This document shows, piece after piece, positions 24,937 to 26,927 of a DNA stretch of 26,927 bases. Position numbers and translations under genes: made by a program. Each line of letters begins with the position of its first letter. The stretch's first letter is position 1. Below the pieces are notes generated by a model. It worked only from the letters and a program-made list of their open reading frames with translations, did not search any database and was not told where the DNA came from. Origin of the DNA: a virus (taxonomy: Duplodnaviria; Caudoviricetes); IMG/VR virus record IMGVR_UViG_3300042348_000372, positions 1 to 26,927 of that record. One strand, given 5' to 3'.

Positions 24937-25019
24937 AATTTTCCAAACTTTCGGCGGGGAGCCTTTGTATTTACAATAATAGGGCAGTTTAAAGACTTAC
25001 CCAGGTCAAGTGTATCAGA

Positions 25020-25556
25020 CTATGAGATTTCGATAGTCTTTGCCTTCTTTGCTTCTGGTAGCTCTTGCTTCAATATAATACGAAGCATACCATCCTTCAA
25101 CTCTGCACCATTTACAACTACGTACTCAGCTAAGACGAAGTCTTGCTTGAAGTCACGTGCTGCGATACCCTTGTGCACGTACTGGTCCACAGATGGCATT
25201 GAGGAGCCTTCTACGGTCAGTGTGAGCTCTTGTACGGTAATCTTGATATCTTCCTTAGCAAACCCTGCTACAGCGATCTCAAGGACATAGTTGTCCTTTG
25301 ATTTAAAGATGTTGTATGGAGGATACCCTGCGGTCTTAGTATTGGCAGAGACATGCTTGAATGTATCAAATAGAGGATCGAACCCGATTGCCCACCGATC
25401 AAACTGTGGAAACAGTGATGTAATGGTAATTGGTGTGTCGATCTTAGGGATCTTAGTATAAGAGTAGTCCTTCGGACTCTTTGGGCCCCACGGATCTGTG
25501 TAGCGATCTGTATGGTGTTGTGGGTCGTGTTTTCCTGATGACGGCATAATAGCCAT
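25020..25556 (-). CDS. hsp20: Small heat-shock protein (Hsp20/IbpA-like) with N-terminal extension
   Basis: IGFD..F, YPPYNI, LEIAVAGF, HKGIAARDF and A.LKDGML motifs, C-terminal IEI. Confidence 0.93.
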   Translation of the reverse strand: MAIMPSSGKHDPQHHTDRYTDPWGPKSPKDYSYTKIPKIDTPITITSLFPQFDRWAIGFDPLFDTFKHVSANTKTAGYPPYNIFKSKDNYVLEIAVAGFAKEDIKITVQELTLTVEGSSMPSVDQYVHKGIAARDFKQDFVLAEYVVVNGAELKDGMLRIILKQELPEAKKAKTIEIS

Positions 25557-25608
25557 AATTATCTCCTTAGACGATAACTAGTAGTTTGAGCCTCATTGTT
25601 GAGCGCTC
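25556..25608 (-). promoter_or_regulatory. ROSE-like RNA thermometer candidate in the hsp20 leader
   Basis: UAGUUAUC-G-UC-UAAG-GA-GAUAAUUA pairs over the SD and the A of AUG with a bulged G. Upstream hairpin GAGC-G-CUCA-ACAA-UGAG-GCUC. Confidence 0.6.
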
Positions 25609-25615
25609 TATTACC

Positions 25616-25648
25616 AGTATAGCCAATTAGCCACTGCCTGTCCTATGT
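25616..25648 (-). promoter_or_regulatory. Putative hsp20 promoter ACATAGGAC-N18-TATACT
   Basis: Near-consensus -10. Predicted start falls just before the leader hairpins. Confidence 0.6.
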
Positions 25649-25649
25649 A

Positions 25650-25989
25650 TACCCCCAAAAATTTCTATGATCATAGTTCCCCCGATTTCCCCCGCCAAAT
25701 TTACAAAATGTTATAAATGTCACAATTCGGACATTTGGCCACTGCCATACCCATAATAGGCCCACTAGTCAATCTCACCTGGAAGACAAATTGGGGCAAA
25801 GGCGTTTAAGGGTGGGGGGGTCAAAAAGGGACAAATAAGATTAGGGTGTCCAGAGCAAAAGTTAGGGTAGAAGGCTTACCCTTAGGCATAAGCGACATTT
25901 CTATTGTGTCGCTACCTATGGTGGCAGATAGTGCTGTGCCATAGGTAGCACGGGGCATAGCGCCCTGATTTACCGTTAAAGGGAAACCT
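25650..25989. other. Non-coding strand-switch region with C-runs, G-runs and a long hairpin (candidate genome end / packaging / control region)
   Basis: Divergence point of the two gene blocks. Three C5 runs at 25652-25693, GGGTG7 at 25810-25820, 11-bp inverted repeat at 25911-25949. Confidence 0.45.
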
Positions 25990-26514
25990 ATGACTACAAT
26001 CACAATAGAGGAACTAAAGACCTCTTACAAATCTTTAGAGTCCAAGTCCGTGTCCATTGATGTGTTCGCACAGGGGTTTAAGCAGAACCCTGAAGCAACT
26101 ATCCTTGATGTGTATGATGGTGGCAAACCATCTGCTGGTCAAGCGGTAGCACTCTTTGGTGGCTACATCTCAGCCCGTCTGGGTATGGAAACCAAGGACA
26201 TCGTCAAGCGTTCGTCTGTATTGTCTGCTAAGTGGGCAGAGATTTACAACCACATCCAGACAGAGGGCGTAGATACAGTCATTGCTCGTATCAACGAACT
26301 ACAGAAGGAACTGGACAACACTCCTATCGACTATGATGCCGTACGCAAGACATCATTCGCAGGCTTGGAAAAGCACGCTAAGGCACTACTCGGTGCGGGT
26401 ACTACAACCAACACCGAGGAAGGCAAGGTGAAAGACATCATCAACACCTTGCTACGCAGTATCGACCTCCCTTCTCTCAACGAGTTGATGGAGAACACAC
26501 TAGAAACAGTTTAG
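25990..26514 (+). CDS. Hypothetical helical protein, first gene of the plus-strand block
   Basis: 174 aa, AAGGG RBS-like site, no recognisable motif. Confidence 0.75.
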   Translation: MTTITIEELKTSYKSLESKSVSIDVFAQGFKQNPEATILDVYDGGKPSAGQAVALFGGYISARLGMETKDIVKRSSVLSAKWAEIYNHIQTEGVDTVIARINELQKELDNTPIDYDAVRKTSFAGLEKHAKALLGAGTTTNTEEGKVKDIINTLLRSIDLPSLNELMENTLETV

Positions 26515-26527
26515 TCTAGTCATAGTC

Positions 26528-26775
26528 GCAGGGGGCAGAAATGCTCCCTGCCTCTATGTATGTCCATAATGTGGGCATACATAGTGTCGTACTGCTACTC
26601 CCTAGTAATACCCATCCTGCGAGGTGTGGATGAACAGGATGTATAGACACTCACAATAGTCATGTCGCTAGCCTATTAACTAACTAAGTGTTCTTTCTGT
26701 TAGGTGGTCTAGTCCGCACCCTTCATACGCGGGCTAGGCCACTACTAACTATGTACATACATAGTGTGGCAGTAC
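26528..26775 (+). ncRNA. Candidate structured non-coding RNA (multi-stem)
   Basis: At least six helices of 6-14 bp, including a 10-bp long-range closing stem (26589-26598/26766-26775). Mismatches read as G-U on the plus strand. GAAA tetraloop. Confidence 0.55.
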
Positions 26776-26829
26776 AACCAGGTCTACGACTAGGGTCTAG
26801 GTCTGTTATCAGGTATGAAAGGAGTACCT

Positions 26830-26927
26830 ATGAGTAAAGCGTTGTGTGACTGTGGTCATACACATGAACAGTGCGTGTGCCCTGCTTGTCCCAAGTGTGG
26901 CTACATAGAGTGTTATTGCGAAGAGTT
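26830..26927 (+). CDS. Cys-rich small protein (partial; not in ORF track)
   Basis: AAAGGAG RBS. MSKALCDCGHTHEQCVCPACPKCGYIECYCEE..., 8 Cys and 2 His in 32 aa. Confidence 0.7.
   Translation, partial: MSKALCDCGHTHEQCVCPACPKCGYIECYCEE

Noticed and set aside
25821-26003. Minus-strand 60-aa ORF
   Set aside because: Overlaps the start and leader of the plus-strand gene, has no RBS, and lies in a hairpin-rich control region.

Overview
This window is part of a tailed dsDNA phage (Caudoviricetes) genome. The gene set suggests an actinobacterial host, plausibly a low-GC freshwater lineage (inference from the N4-gp56-type capsid, FmdB-type Zn ribbon, proteasome-beta-like Ntn protease, PASTA-like protein, lysozyme-like transglycosylase and apparent leaderless starts). 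Almost everything from 1 to 25556 is on the minus strand. In transcription order: Hsp20 with a thermometer-like leader; two tiny Zn ribbons; a KTSC-like protein; a His-rich peptide coupled to a Thr-protease; a PASTA-like protein; a ~7 kb chain of coupled basic or disordered proteins (including a 1066-aa protein with a PcrA/UvrD-type Tudor tail, an ART-like protein and an HNH protein); terminase; portal; scaffold; major capsid; head completion; tail fibres; and an FN3 protein that runs off the left edge in a tract of 75 codons of only Pro and Phe. A lone plus-strand muralytic gene (14361-14909) has a structured leader. After a G/C-run-rich strand-switch region (~25650-25990), plus-strand genes flank a ~250-nt highly structured non-coding element. 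Seven minus-strand sites share a GAC/TAC-N18-nAnnnT promoter-like motif. Six probable genes are missing from the supplied ORF track. Family calls come from motif recognition by eye; no database search was run.
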